A stretch of DNA of 64,000 nt. It comes from Balanoglossus misakiensis (Eukaryota > Animalia > Hemichordata). The stretch covers positions 13,705,129 to 13,769,128 of the forward strand of contig CM082576.2 in NCBI GenBank assembly GCA_040954595.2. Direction: 5' to 3'. Positions 12,967 to 26,175 of the stretch are shown piece after piece (position 1 is the first letter of the stretch; each line of letters opens with the position of its first letter). A program made the translations under genes and the position numbers. The notes beneath the pieces are model-generated. The model ran no database searches. It worked only from the letters and a program-made list of their open reading frames with translations, and was not told where the DNA came from.

Positions 12967-15900
12967 GTTCAGACACACTTGCCCGGACAATTGATTTACA
13001 AAAGAACGGGGACCCAAGGAACTTGTTGCGACACTCTCAAAGCCATTCGCCGGACGGGTCGACGACGTATTGCCGGTGCTGGTCATAAGCTGAGCACGGT
13101 CATCATCAATTTGTGTCACGGCCATTGGATTTAATTGACCTTCACTTTTAAACGGACGACGGAGTCACCAGAATGAAATGTCAAGCTCACAGCTGGAAGG
13201 TGATGGAAAGGAGGATTTTTGAACAGCGTGATGTTCCCGTGTCTCAGAAAGTCTCCCGAGGGGCTCGGCGTACTAGACAACTTATTAATGCCAACGGGCT
13301 GAGTGATGGACACACGCCTATTTATCCCTATTGTTTTTTTATTAACGCGTGACAAGATGGTACAGATTGCCTCGATTTCAAAACGCTTGTTGAATCGACT
13401 CACCGGCACAATCTCAAGTACTTCAGCGCTGATCAAGAAGATGTCTAAAGCTATCAGCCATTTGCGTGGCAATTAGAGTGCGGATATCCGAAGACGTGAT
13501 TTCATCAACTTGCGCTCACCAATAGGTATGAGTGAATTAGTATGTTTAGTGATGTGGTATCAGGCAGCTAATACCCAATACAGTCGACGCGCCTTTGCGT
13601 AAAAATCACAGATTTTACAATCAACATGATATTTTTGTGAAAACACATCATCTCAAATTTAATAACAATATTGTCTTGTGTTAATATTTACTTTTTGAAA
13701 ATGATGAGGCTTTCTTTCGCCGACAGAAATTATAAAAATGGGGTTTACACACGATGACAATTTTTTATTAAAGTACTCCTATAAGTGCGTCAACCGTCAT
13801 ATGGCAGACAATCTCCTAAATTATGATTTGATATCTCTTTTTTCATTGGAAGTGTGCAAGATTCGCAATTGCAACAATGACAATATGCAATTATTTTTAA
13901 TGAGTGTCAACAATCCTGACATTAAATGGAATTTAAGGGTCTCTCCTGTCACATCATGCTACGCTCCGAAGAAGAAGAATCATTGGTTAAATTATTTGAT
14001 GGTATTTTTTCATACCATATTTCTGTTCAAGTGAAATAAATTTCTGAAACCCTGGATGAAATATTCCGTGAGGTAATTTTCGACTACAGGCGTGATTAAT
14101 CGCGTTGGGAATTTTGTTGACATCAGACTTTCAATTATACTTTTTTCTTGGACTTTTAATGCTTGTTTGTAAAAAATGGTTACGGGACTCCAATTTTCAA
14201 GAGCAAGAACGGTTATGTCGTGGTTATTGACTTATGCCTTTTCACATGAAACTGCACATATCAAACCCATTTCTATTCCAGCCGAGTCACAACGTTAAAC
14301 TGACGTACATACAAGACACTCCAGGGTCAATAGACACATAACAGAAGCGAGATTGACTGTTACAAGACCTGGCTAATAGCCGAAAGGCTATACATGTACG
14401 TAACAAGTACACGTGACAGGTACAATATATATGCTTTCTCGGGCACGGTTCGAGACATGTTATCCCGTCACGCCCTTAGATCAACACCCTATCCGGAGGA
14501 ACAACTCCCAGACTGACCTTTTTAATCATTTAAATGGCGAACACTCATCTGTCATACCACGCACACAGCGCAACATCGAAGATTCGCTCATTTTGGGTTA
14601 GGTCTATGTCAATCACACGGGATGATAATCAAGATTTATTTCGACTGGTCTATGTTTCAATAAGCCGCGGATGGCTTGATTTTGGTTGGCAACAATTGTT
14701 GCTCATTCTTCTTGTTTAATCATCATTTAATATTTGTCCTGCTAGTGACACTCTGCGAAATCTGGGGACTCATTTGTTACGTATCGATGATTTTTGATGG
14801 TAGGGGTAGACGGTGCGCGCAAGCATTCCTGTGAGCATTGAAGTTGAAACCTATTTAGGTCGCGGAACTGTATCATCTATTGCATAAAGTGATTACCTTT
14901 TCCTAGTCACTGAGTTGATGGTGTGGGGATCTCTAAGAGATGCGCTCATTGACTCCACGGTCAAGCAATCACATATTTTCTGTCAGTGACGTATGGAAAC
15001 ACGCGAGCAGATCGTAAATTATGACTGACACACTTGCGATGTAATTTATATCACTGGTGTGTGTGTGCTGTCTGTATGTCTTGCGCTGCTGGGCTAAAAT
15101 AGCCATAAACGTCTCGACAGAGAAAGTTATATCAATTACTTTATGCAGTTTGAAATATTTTTTTCCATAAAAACTTAATGAAAATGGTAGATATTAATTA
15201 TTTGTGTTGAAGTCGGAGCTTTATGAATGAGAAATGATATCAGAGTCCCGATTGGTGGTCCAAAGACAGCTGAACTTCCTGACAATATTTTAGTAATATA
15301 GCCAACCATGTACCCTGCCTTGTTTTTCACTCCTTACACAATGGGTCTAGTACATGTATCCCCTAAAATTAACAATTGTTTACCTCTATACTGAACTCGG
15401 TTCAATTGAAAGAGTGGCATTTATACATTTACAAAGGCGATCTTGGTATAATCCGTTTTCCAACGAGTCGTACATTTGTACGTCCCAGTCTATATTCTAA
15501 GGTCTGCAATTATTTTGCAGTTTTTCATTATTTTTGTACAGGGGTCTTGTTTGACCCGGTACTGAGTTACGTTCAATTGTCAAGATGACGCATGCACGCA
15601 AATAAAATTGTTGACGATTGAATTCAATTCCGAAATTGAATTTGACTGTGCACAAAAGGGTTATACTAATGTCTTACTGGTATCATCAATGACATAGTCC
15701 CCGCTAGTCCTTTTAAGTAACTTAAGAGAAGCCAATGTGATGTTGGGTCATGGTTTGATTTTAGTCCTCTGTAAAATGTAGAAGTGCGGTGTTTACGTGC
15801 ACAAATCACCAGCCAATTAGCTGAAATGTTTTCGACGAGTTTTAATGTCAGCGCGAGAGTAGTCTCGCTTGCCATACCTAATCCCGTGCCTGGAATTGAA

Positions 15901-17369
15901 AAGGGGGAAACCCGCGGCCATGTCAGACGACGACTTTGAGGTAACTACAGGTGCTCGTTATTTAAAGTTTAATGAGACAAAGGGGGCCTTGTTTCCAAGT
16001 TGGATTTCGTTGTTTTCTTGTTTTTACCATACACACTAACTTCTGATCATGAATAATATTTTTCGCTGATTACACGTTATTAGGCAGAGCAATGTTATGG
16101 AGCCACGTTTGCGTCCAGATGCATGTGTTCGTCATATTGTTATTAACTCCCATTACAAATGCAATTTTCAACAGAGCAAACGGCGTTTACAGTTCAGTAA
16201 TTGACCATAGCATTTTATCGTTTACTGCATCTCCGCCCACGTAATTGAAACGCCACACCAAGACACGGTTGGGTGACCTGAAGGTGACCTTGTCACAAGA
16301 ATGGAGAACCATGGTTTCAGCTTTCCTTCCCCGTGATGTGTGGACGCACCAATTCTCGTAAGACGAAACCTCCTTCTGGTGACCCAGGCAGATAGACGTA
16401 TGACCCTTTGACTGAAGATCAAGATTGAACACGCCCGTCTTATGATCAACATTGACTGCCTTCCCTAGACTGTGATATCTAGCGTTAACATTTGAACCCC
16501 TTGGTGTTGTTTCATGAGGTCAGATGCAGCTGTCACGACTCTACAAATGTTGGTGTGGTAGACGTGTGTTGGGCAATCCCCGATGGTTCGTCTAAGGTTT
16601 ATACGGGTAACTCACATGGTTAATTTATTAGCAGCACTTGTTACTGCATATGACACTTAGGCACAAAGCTCGTAAACTAACGTAATTAGATATATTTCCC
16701 CTATGAAGAAGATTCTGGCGTCAGCTTACATATTATCTTGTACCAGATATTCTTGTGAAAGTTTCTGCTTGTCGAGGTTAACTGTTACTATGGGAGAGTT
16801 GCTCAGAATCATGGAAATGGTTGAATACTGTACTCTTCGTGGTTCAATTGACTTTGTATGGTGGGATCATCTTGAAAACTTAAAATATGGTGCTTACTGT
16901 ATTATGTTCTTGACAATTAGAAGTTCCCATGTACGACAGAGAATGGGGAATATCTCTTATCTCACTAAATTTTATTAGTAGATCTTATTTAAGTACTTTC
17001 GTTCTTAGCCTCGTAAACCTTCAGTTTTAAGCATTTCCCTACGAGTTCTGCAAGTATTAAATTTTGACCAATCCTGTGTGACGCCTTTCTGGGGATATTA
17101 GATGCAGAAAGACTCCGGCTCTGACTTGGCCCGTGCATCCGTTCGCTTGTCTGCGCATGCCTGTAATTGGACAATCAGGCTATAACTCAACGGCAGGTAT
17201 TTTGACATAAAAAGCTGATTTTGTCGTCGATCGTCAAAAATGTTGTGACACCAATGAGGCAAATATCGAAAAAGATATCTTTCTTGTAATTGAAGCCTGC
17301 ATCTTACACGGGCGAAATTGTATGCGTGCCTCTGGGCCGATTGATTGATTCAAGTTTATTTGCATGTAC

Positions 17370-17411
17370 ATTCAACCATAGACCCTGGATCTCCAGGGTC
17401 CATGATTCAAG
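17370..17411. mobile_element. 28-bp palindromic micro-element (CATAG...CCATG) with a 7-bp target duplication; possible P-superfamily footprint
   Basis: attcaac|catagaccctggatctccagggtccatg|attcaag. Confidence 0.55.
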
Positions 17412-19397
17412 CACAAGTAAGCCCAGTCACGCGTGTGATACACTGTACATTCTGTTCTATAGCGTATAATTCTGGCAATCAATGCATTCACCAAGAAAGA
17501 TCTTGACCCGACACCAGACTTGATGAAATGCAATGTTCATAAGAAGTTATTTACACATAATGTTTTCAGTATGGCTGCACCAAAGTCGGATGATTCGGAC
17601 CATATTGTAACTCGAAATCGTTCTTCATACATAAATGACTAATTAACCATTGATTACCTTCTGCTATCAAATGGCCCTGTGTCGTGAATGAACATTTTAT
17701 TTCATGTTATCGTATAATTGTTTCAGGGTTGTTGACTTGAGCAGTTTCTTTAATACCTCACAGTTCGATTAGCTGAAACGCTTCATGCGAAATCTGTGAC
17801 GGAATGTCGGTGAATGCCAACAGAGACAAACAGGTGTTTTGCAAAAAGTCCTCGGATGTCATCAGCTGTATCGAAAATAAATCACCAGATGTTAATTGCC
17901 GTAGGGATTAGATCTATACACAGAGGGAGTTTGAATCCACCCTCCATATGTTCGCAAAATGCAAGTTGACAACATCAACGATTTAATTGCTGTTTTTACG
18001 GCAACTCCTTCATTTTTATGTTTCCTGATGACATGCTCGGGACCTGGGCACCAGCTTATACTCTGACCACTTATAAATGTATGATGAAACATATGAAAAC
18101 ATCACGAATATACAGGTTTACGCGAAGCTTGATACCGCGTGGCAAACGTGAACTGGATCTGCGGCCAAGCGTTACATATCCATGCATGTGTTGTAACGAC
18201 ATGTCTGACAAATGTATGCAGGTGGCATGAGGCTTTCCGAGCGGTGTCATTAAGAACTCCCCGTGCTCCTCGGAGCTAAGCAAGAATTTCACTACAAGAA
18301 CCGTGGGTCTTTTATACTCGGCATACTTCGTCATCTTCTTTTAATAGCGCGTCGTATGTTAGGAAGCTAAGCTTCAGTGTATAAATGTCTCCATAAAAGC
18401 TGTCGTTTTGTGATGAACTCATAGACCCGAAATCACCTATTCTAGAGGCAAATGGTGTAACGTACTGTATTCTTGAACGTGTATTAGGGATATGTCAGAA
18501 TACACCGTTAGTGTATTAATGGATGGATGGTCTTTAAAAGATTTTACCAAGACTTGTTGTAATGTTATGAGAACAACGAAGCTGTGGGTCACAAAGATAT
18601 AAAACGACCATTTTGTGCCAAATTGGCGCTTATGAACTGAATGTATATGTAGCACAACCGTAAATGGTTTCGAAATGGGTTTAGAAGTCCCTGTGTGAGG
18701 ATGTGACGAAAGAGTGATGGATCTGTGTCTCTAAGACATTGCACCCATGTATATACAATTACCTATCTCCCTCAGGGACCAGTATTTTGATCACATACAC
18801 GTAAACCAGGACAGTCATTAAACTTACAGCATTATTATCAGTCACGTTACCTGTCGTGATTTTCTTCGAAATTTCATTGTGTGGAAGATATGAGTTTGTG
18901 ATGCCCTTTACTGTAATCCAATATTTTATGGGTCCTCGAAATTCTGTAGAACCCTCAGTTCTTATTATCACCGGGGAAAACATCACCGGGTACGGATGTA
19001 ATTCTCAGTCACGATAGAGTGCAATTCTCGGTGAACGTTTTTCGCCTGATTTAATTTTTCATTATCAGGGATTTCACCTTTAATATCAGAAGGTCAAAAT
19101 ATTTCCGCATTGTTTGATGCATTCGTTATCGTCTGGAGTTGATTCGCATTGCACGTCTCTCTGTCTCCAAGTCTTACTCTACCCTTTCCTCTCTGTCGCT
19201 ACCTCTCTATCACTGTCTGTCTCTCCCCTCCTCCTCTCTCTCCCTCCCCTCTCAATCTCCCCGCTCTCTCCCCTCTCTCTCACACTCACAGCAAGACTCT
19301 ATAAATACTTTTCACCATTTTAATTTCACTTATTTTTTGAACCACTGGTACTTTTGGGCCTTGATTGTCTTCAATAACCCCAAGAATACAGTGCGCT

Positions 19398-19875
19398 TTA
19401 TTTTTTCTCTGATTGCGGACTTTGTTCAGCTGCTGCTGTTGCTGGGCTTTTGGTCTCCTTATTGTCCGCCTTCTCCACGTCTTTCTCCGGTTCCTTTAAA
19501 CCTTTGTCCCGGACACTTTTCGACACTCGAACACAATTCAACGGAAGGTCTCCGAATAACCAACCTGGGGTGGTCATGGTGGGGTCCCCTGAAACGCTGG
19601 CGTTGTAAATGGAGGTCTGCAGGTAGCGAACACCGATCAAAACTGCCACCTGTCAAGGTATAATACATCACACATGTGTAAGGCGAGCATCTGACTAAAA
19701 TGACGACATATCGGGGAAAAAATCACGAGGTCAGGATAAAAGTTATCACTTGGAACAAAATATATATGGTGTTTTTCTTCCCCGTCATCGCTCCATGCAA
19801 GGGCTCAGAAGCAGTAAATACCTGTTACGCATTTTGATCGATATTCATTTAAATCTAATTACGCGCACGCTCTCG

Positions 19876-19949
<74 letters not shown>

Positions 19950-22900
19950 GGTGGTGGTGGCGGTACAGAAGCGCTCCTGACTTGGCGTTGCTTTTCTGGT
20001 GTTAGAGGTACCATCCCTCAAAAATCGTTCAACTACAGTATTGTGAGTACGGTACTGTTTCACTTTACTCGATTTTTACTGTCATATTTGTGCTGATTGG
20101 GGGGATTTTTGGTGGATTGTTTTCTTTGCCACCGAGTGGCAGCCCGGGGTCGGCAATATGGCTGCCCACGCTGACAGTCCATTTCGTAGATTAACTAGGA
20201 AACACGCGATAAGGTGCACTAATGTTCAAGATCTCCCTGTGGAGAGTTATGTTGAGGAAATTGCTAAGGAGATTGGGAGCGAGAATATTATCGCTGCCTC
20301 ACGCATGAATCGTTCTGTTGTGGTGTTCCTGGCTTCGCTTGAGCATGTAGAAAGCATTGTAGAATCCAGACTGTCGGTTAAAGGTGAAATGGTTGACGTT
20401 GAGCATATGGTGAAGCCAGCTTCGAAACTTATTCTTTCTAACGTCCCCCCTTTTATACCAAATGAATACTTAGAAGAAGAGTTGTGGAAATTGGGTAGAG
20501 TGGTCGGGAACATGAGGCCTATTCCTCTAGGATGCAAAAATCCTGCGTTGAAACACGTAAAGTCGTTCAGACGGCAAATCCATGTTTTATTGCATAATGA
20601 AAATATTAATGGCCTCATCAATGTTAAATATGAAGATCGTCTTTACCCAATATATATTACGATAGACGAAATGAGATGTTTTCTTTGTGGGGCAAAAGGA
20701 CATATCCGCAAATCTTGCCCTCTTACTCGTGAAGTTGTAAGCACATGGCAAGCTAGAACAGAAAACAGCGATAATGATATTACTGTAGGTGTGAATAATA
20801 GTGTTAATGATCTTGCACAAAAGAGAAATGATAATGAGATGCAGACTGAGGTAAACAGCGATAATGATATTACTGTAGGTGTGAACAAAAGTGTTAACGA
20901 TCTTGCACAAAAGAGAAATGATAATGAGATGCAGACAGAAGGTGTCAATGATGTAATCATGCCTGAAAAAATCAATAACAACAGCTCTGAGAGGGCAGAT
21001 GATAAAACAATGAATATTACAAGTGTTAATATGGTTGAGGGTGCAGATGATGTAATTGCAAAGGAAAAAACCAGTAGTAATGGAAGTACAAGTGGTGTTA
21101 CTACGGAAGAGAAGACTAACAAAGACACAGAAACAAGGCCTTTTAATGTAGGTGATATTGATGAAGACAGGGTACTACCCCCTTCTTCTTTTCCTTCCAC
21201 TCCTTCTGTGTTGTCTTCTCTTTCCCTCCCCTCCTCTTCCGATCCCTCCTCCTCCCTCTCCCTTGATTTTCCCGAGACTCCTTTCTCTGGTGTGAATTTT
21301 CACAAATCCAGAAAGGAATCAGTCCCTCCTGATTCCCAGATTACAGTTTCAACACCATTCAGTACGTCTAATAGTTTTGACATTCTTAGTCAGTGTTCAG
21401 ATTCGGATGCTGATTGCATCTCTGTGACTTCTGAACTTCCTGATAATATTTCTATGACCTCTGACACTTCTGACATTTCTGAACTTTCTGAACGTAGGGA
21501 GGTTCAAGCTACTAATCTCATTGCTTTTTTAGAGGAAATTAAGGGATCGAAGAATATGATAGAACAATGCTATGAGTACTGTTCAGATATAAGATTGCTG
21601 ATTAAATCATTCAACAAGCTACGCAAAACCACTCTTGTTGATAACAAACAAAAAGTTAGGATACAGAGACTCATGGCAAAGCTGTTTACTCATGTTAGAA
21701 CTAAAGGTAACACCCCTAAATAATGGTCTCAATGGATTTTTTACTTATAATCTCTTGCCTGCTGATGATTAATATTTCCACTGCTACATGGAATATTAAT
21801 GGTGGTCATGATTCTTTGAAAAGGTATGATGTCCTTTCGACTTTAAAATTAATTAATCGGTCTGACTTTTACTTTCTTCAAGAAACCCATTCGACGCCAA
21901 ACGATGAAGCGCAATGGCAAATAGTTTGGCGTGCACCAATTTATTTCTCCCATGGTTCTAGTAACTCTGCTGGCGTTGCCATAATGCTTTCACAAAATAA
22001 GAAGGTCGATATTATTTCCTCTCAAAGTGTTGTTCATGGTCATTTACTACATCTTCGCGTCAAAATTGACGATAATTATGTTAATCTCATTAATGTTTAT
22101 GCTCCAAACAATGGAGGTGACCGTTTCAGCTTCTTTAAGAAACTTGAAAAGTTGTTAAGTGAGATCAGTGTTGATGATACCGTAATTATTGGTGGGGATT
22201 TTAACTGTACTCTTAAGCCTCAGTTGGATCGTACTTCCACAGTTGAACCACATCTCAAATCGTCGCGTCTTCTTGCTTCAATTATGCATAAATCTAAACT
22301 TTCTGACGCCTGGCGCTATTTCCACAACAATGCACGGAATTATACTTGGCAAAGAGGAGATAATAAATCTCGTATTGATACCTTCTATGTAAATAATTGG
22401 CTTACTTCAAAAATTACGTCTGCAGCCATTGATTCCTCTGTGAATGTTTCTGATCACTCGATTGTCTCAATTAATATCTCTGTCAAAAATTCTCGGAGTA
22501 AAAATCCAGTCTGGTACCTCAATTCTAGTCTTCTTAATGAAGAAGACTATTGTACTCTTATTCGCCAATTCTGGGAAAAATGGCAAAAAGAGAAATTCAG
22601 ATTTAAGTCTTTACAGAGTTGGTGGGATATTGGTAAACACAAAATCAAAGAATTGAGTAAGCAATACAGTCATGAACGTACTAACAACTACAAACGTATG
22701 AAACAGGATATTGTTAATGAAATTGAACAAATTGAGCGTATTATTGATAAACAGCCTAACCTGAATGCTAGGTATCAGCAACAAAAGGAGCTTCTTGATA
22801 ATTTGATAAAAACTGAGACTCGAGGAGCTGCTATCCGCTCCAGACATCAGCTTCTTAATGAAGCAGACGCTAACACTCATTTCTTTTACTCACTTGAGAA

Positions 22901-25900
22901 ACATAGAGGAGTGCGTAAAAATATCACTCAGCTTAGGCTTCACGATCAAACCTTAACTGAAAACCAAGCTGAAATTCGCAATATGGTTCGTGATTTCTAT
23001 CAGAAGCTTTATACACCAGACCCTACTTCTTACAATGATCAAGAAACTATTCTTAAGGATCTGCCACAACTTAACCCGGAAAATGTTGAGCTTTGTGATG
23101 ACACAATTTCGTTCGAGGAGCTTACAAACGCTCTGAAATATGTTTCTACTAATAAAACACCTGGTATTGATGGTCTCCCTGTTGAGTTTTATAAAACTTT
23201 CTGGTCTAGTCTCGGGAGAGACTTGCATGAAATGTTAAATGCCTCAATTAAAGAAGGTTTTCTTCCAACTTCATGTCGGAGAGCTGTAATATCGCTTATA
23301 CCAAAGCCAGGCGACAACACACTACTAAAAAACTGGAGGCCTGTCAGCTTACTCTGTTCTGATTATAAAATCTTTACGAAAGCCTTGTCCATTCGTCTCC
23401 GTGGTGTTTTACACAATGTTATTCATCTTGATCAAAGCTACACCATTCCAGGCAGACAGATTTTTGACAATATTCACCTGATTAGAGATTGTATTAACTA
23501 CCATAATGAGTTTAATCTTCCCCTTGGTATTCTCTCTGTCGACCAAGAAAAAGCGTTTGATAGGGTTCACCATAATTATCTTCTCAGAGCACTCAAAGCT
23601 TTTGGTTTTGGTGAAACTTTTATAAAATACATTGATCTTTTGTATACTAACACTGAAAGTGTCATTCGTGTGAATAGCGCCCTGACTGGTCCAGTTCAAT
23701 TTCAACGGGGTATAAGACAAGGTTGCTCTTTATCAGGACAACTTTATGCTATTTGTATTGAACCTTTATTACATAAAATTAGATCTGAAACCAATATTTT
23801 GGGGATTACTATCCCCAAAAGCAATGATCGTAAGTGTAAACTTTCTGCATATGCAGATGATATTAGCTTTTTGATCACTAAGAATTCTGACTTCAGTAAA
23901 ATGCGCCAGTGGCTTTGTAGTTATGAAAACGCGAGCAATGCTCATATTAATTATGGTAAATCTGAAGGTTTGTGGGTTGGAAGATGGCGAGGTAGAACTG
24001 ACCACCCCTTGGGAATCAAATGGAATAGTAGAGGGCTTAAAATTCTTGGTATCTACCTTGGGAATACGGATGAGTTCTTTCAACAAAATTGGGATGACTG
24101 TGTTCGCAAAATCAATAATAAGCTTTCTTGGTGGTCAAGGTTTGTAAAAGCTATGTCATATCGGGGGCGTGTAATTGTTATTAATCATCTGGCTGCTACT
24201 AAACTGTTTCATAGACTAGTTTGTTTATCTCCTCCCCCTGATATCATTTCTTATATTCAAAATACGTTTCTTGATTTCTTCTGGCAAGGCCGGCACTGGC
24301 TTCCAGCTCACTTACTTTATGCTCGCATTGAAAGTGGGGGTCAGAACCTCGTTTGTCTTCCTGTTCGGATCAATGCTTTCCGTTTGCAACGTTTGCAGAG
24401 GTTTCTCCACTCCTCCCTGGATCATCCTTCGTTTTCTTTCTTGGATTACTATTTTAAAACAGTCCATGCTCTAGATTATGGCGCTCAACTTCTTGCAATT
24501 GAAATTCCTTCGATACCAGGAACTTTGCCTTTATTTTATCGTGATCTCCTCAAAACATGGAATTCGATTAAAAGACTTAGGAAAGATCATCCCACAGCTA
24601 TTTGTGATATTCTTAACGAACCTCTTTTCTATAATGACCTGGTTCAACTTTCTGTTGGGCATGAAACTACCATAGTTCAAAATCTGGTTGATGCTGGCAT
24701 TACCAAGGTCGCGGACCTAATTAATATTGACAGAAAGATGTGGCACACTGCAGATTATTTTAAAGACAAAGTTCAATTTCACTCTATGAGGATCTTCATC
24801 CGCACTCTTCAAACTATTCATAGCTCCTTACCAATTAATTGGATAAAGGAAATTAGGAAATTTTTTAAGGGCATTTCAGACACTAGATCCAACGAGTACT
24901 CTTACTTGTTTGAGTTGGTATACTCGAAACCCGATGTCCTCCTCAACTGCCCATTATACAAAAGTGAAAAAGGTGAAATTTACAAATTTCTCATTAATGT
25001 ATCTATGTGTAATAATCTCCCCAATCGTCAGGATACAGTTTGGAGAGATGTTTTGTCCCTGCCAGACAGTATTAAACCTGATTTTAAATTGTGCTACACT
25101 AGACTTATTCCAAAATCACACGGTGACCTGCAGTGGCGCATACTGCATGGCGCATATGCTACCGGTACTTTTATGTTTAGTTGTAATTATGCCCCCACCC
25201 CAAACTGTGTTTTCTGTCAAACCAAAGACGACTTGCTCCATATTTTTCTCGAGTGTATTCGGTTAAATCCTCTTTTCAAGATCATTCGTACCTTGTGTCA
25301 ACGCATCCTGGGTACTGTGTGCAAAATTCCTTATTGGTGGTTCATTTTAGGGCCAGTCTGTAACAAAGATGTTACAAAACATACCAGCCCCCTTTTAATG
25401 TTTCTTTTTGTTACTGCTAAACTCTCAATTCATATTACCCGTCACATAGCTCTTACTGAAGGAATCTCAAACCAAAGCTTTTCCCTTGTCGATCTCTTTA
25501 AAGTCCGTGTACGTTCTCGTTTAATCAATGAATTTACCTACTACAGAAACTGCTCAAAAACTGACGTCTTTATAAACATGTGGTGCATCAATAATGCCTT
25601 GGCTTCAGTTCATGAAGGAAACTTAAACATTGCTACAATTTTATCGTAATCACTTGTACTAGTTCTGTGTAATAATGATAAACACTTACACACACGCTTT
25701 CATTGGAGCAATAGGCTACAATGCTGACGTTTGGGATTGGGCTCCGTACTCCTCACGGGAACCATCCCAACATGGTTCGCCCATTCGTCAGAGGGTTACA
25801 CACTTTGTTCTCATTTCAGCCTCATTACTGCTGTAACGTTCCCGTCGTCTAACCTAGGATACATCTCTGCCGTCAACCCTACAGTACATCTCGGCCTTCA

Positions 25901-26137
25901 ACCCTGTATTACATCTATGCTGTCAACCCTGCAGTACATACATGTAGCTGCCGTCAACCCTGCAATACTTCTCTGCCGTCAACCCTGGAATATGTATCAG
26001 TTGTAAATCCTACAACCCTGGAACAATGTTCACTTTGTATTATTTTAGTCTGAATTTATGAATTCTTCTGCATTTCAATAAAGTGTAAATAATTTTATTT
26101 TACGCAATAAAGGTTTATTTTCAAAAGTCAAAAAAAG

Positions 26138-26175
<38 letters not shown>

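Larger units (their letters stand above)
19950..26137 (+). mobile_element. Full-length, apparently intact Tx1-clade (L1 group; Kibi/Koshi-like) non-LTR retrotransposon inserted in (ATC)n
   Basis: 5' UTR, ORF1, ORF2, 3' UTR with two AATAAA and an A-rich end (TCAAAAGTCAAAAAAAG); both junctions fall in (ATC)n. ORF1 N-terminus FRRLTRKHAI..I.AASRMN..VVVFL is typical of Tx1/Kibi ORF1s. Confidence 0.93.

Noticed and set aside
18018-18334. Possible decayed transposase fragment (..TGSAAKRYISMH..)
   Set aside because: Resemblance too short and interrupted by stops to support a call.
19750-20063. Poly-Ile / poly-Met ORFs
   Set aside because: Translations of the (ATC)n target repeat.
25845-25992. CRISPR-like reading of the ~25-bp repeats
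   Set aside because: Units are contiguous without unique spacers, lie in a eukaryotic LINE UTR, and no cas genes are present.
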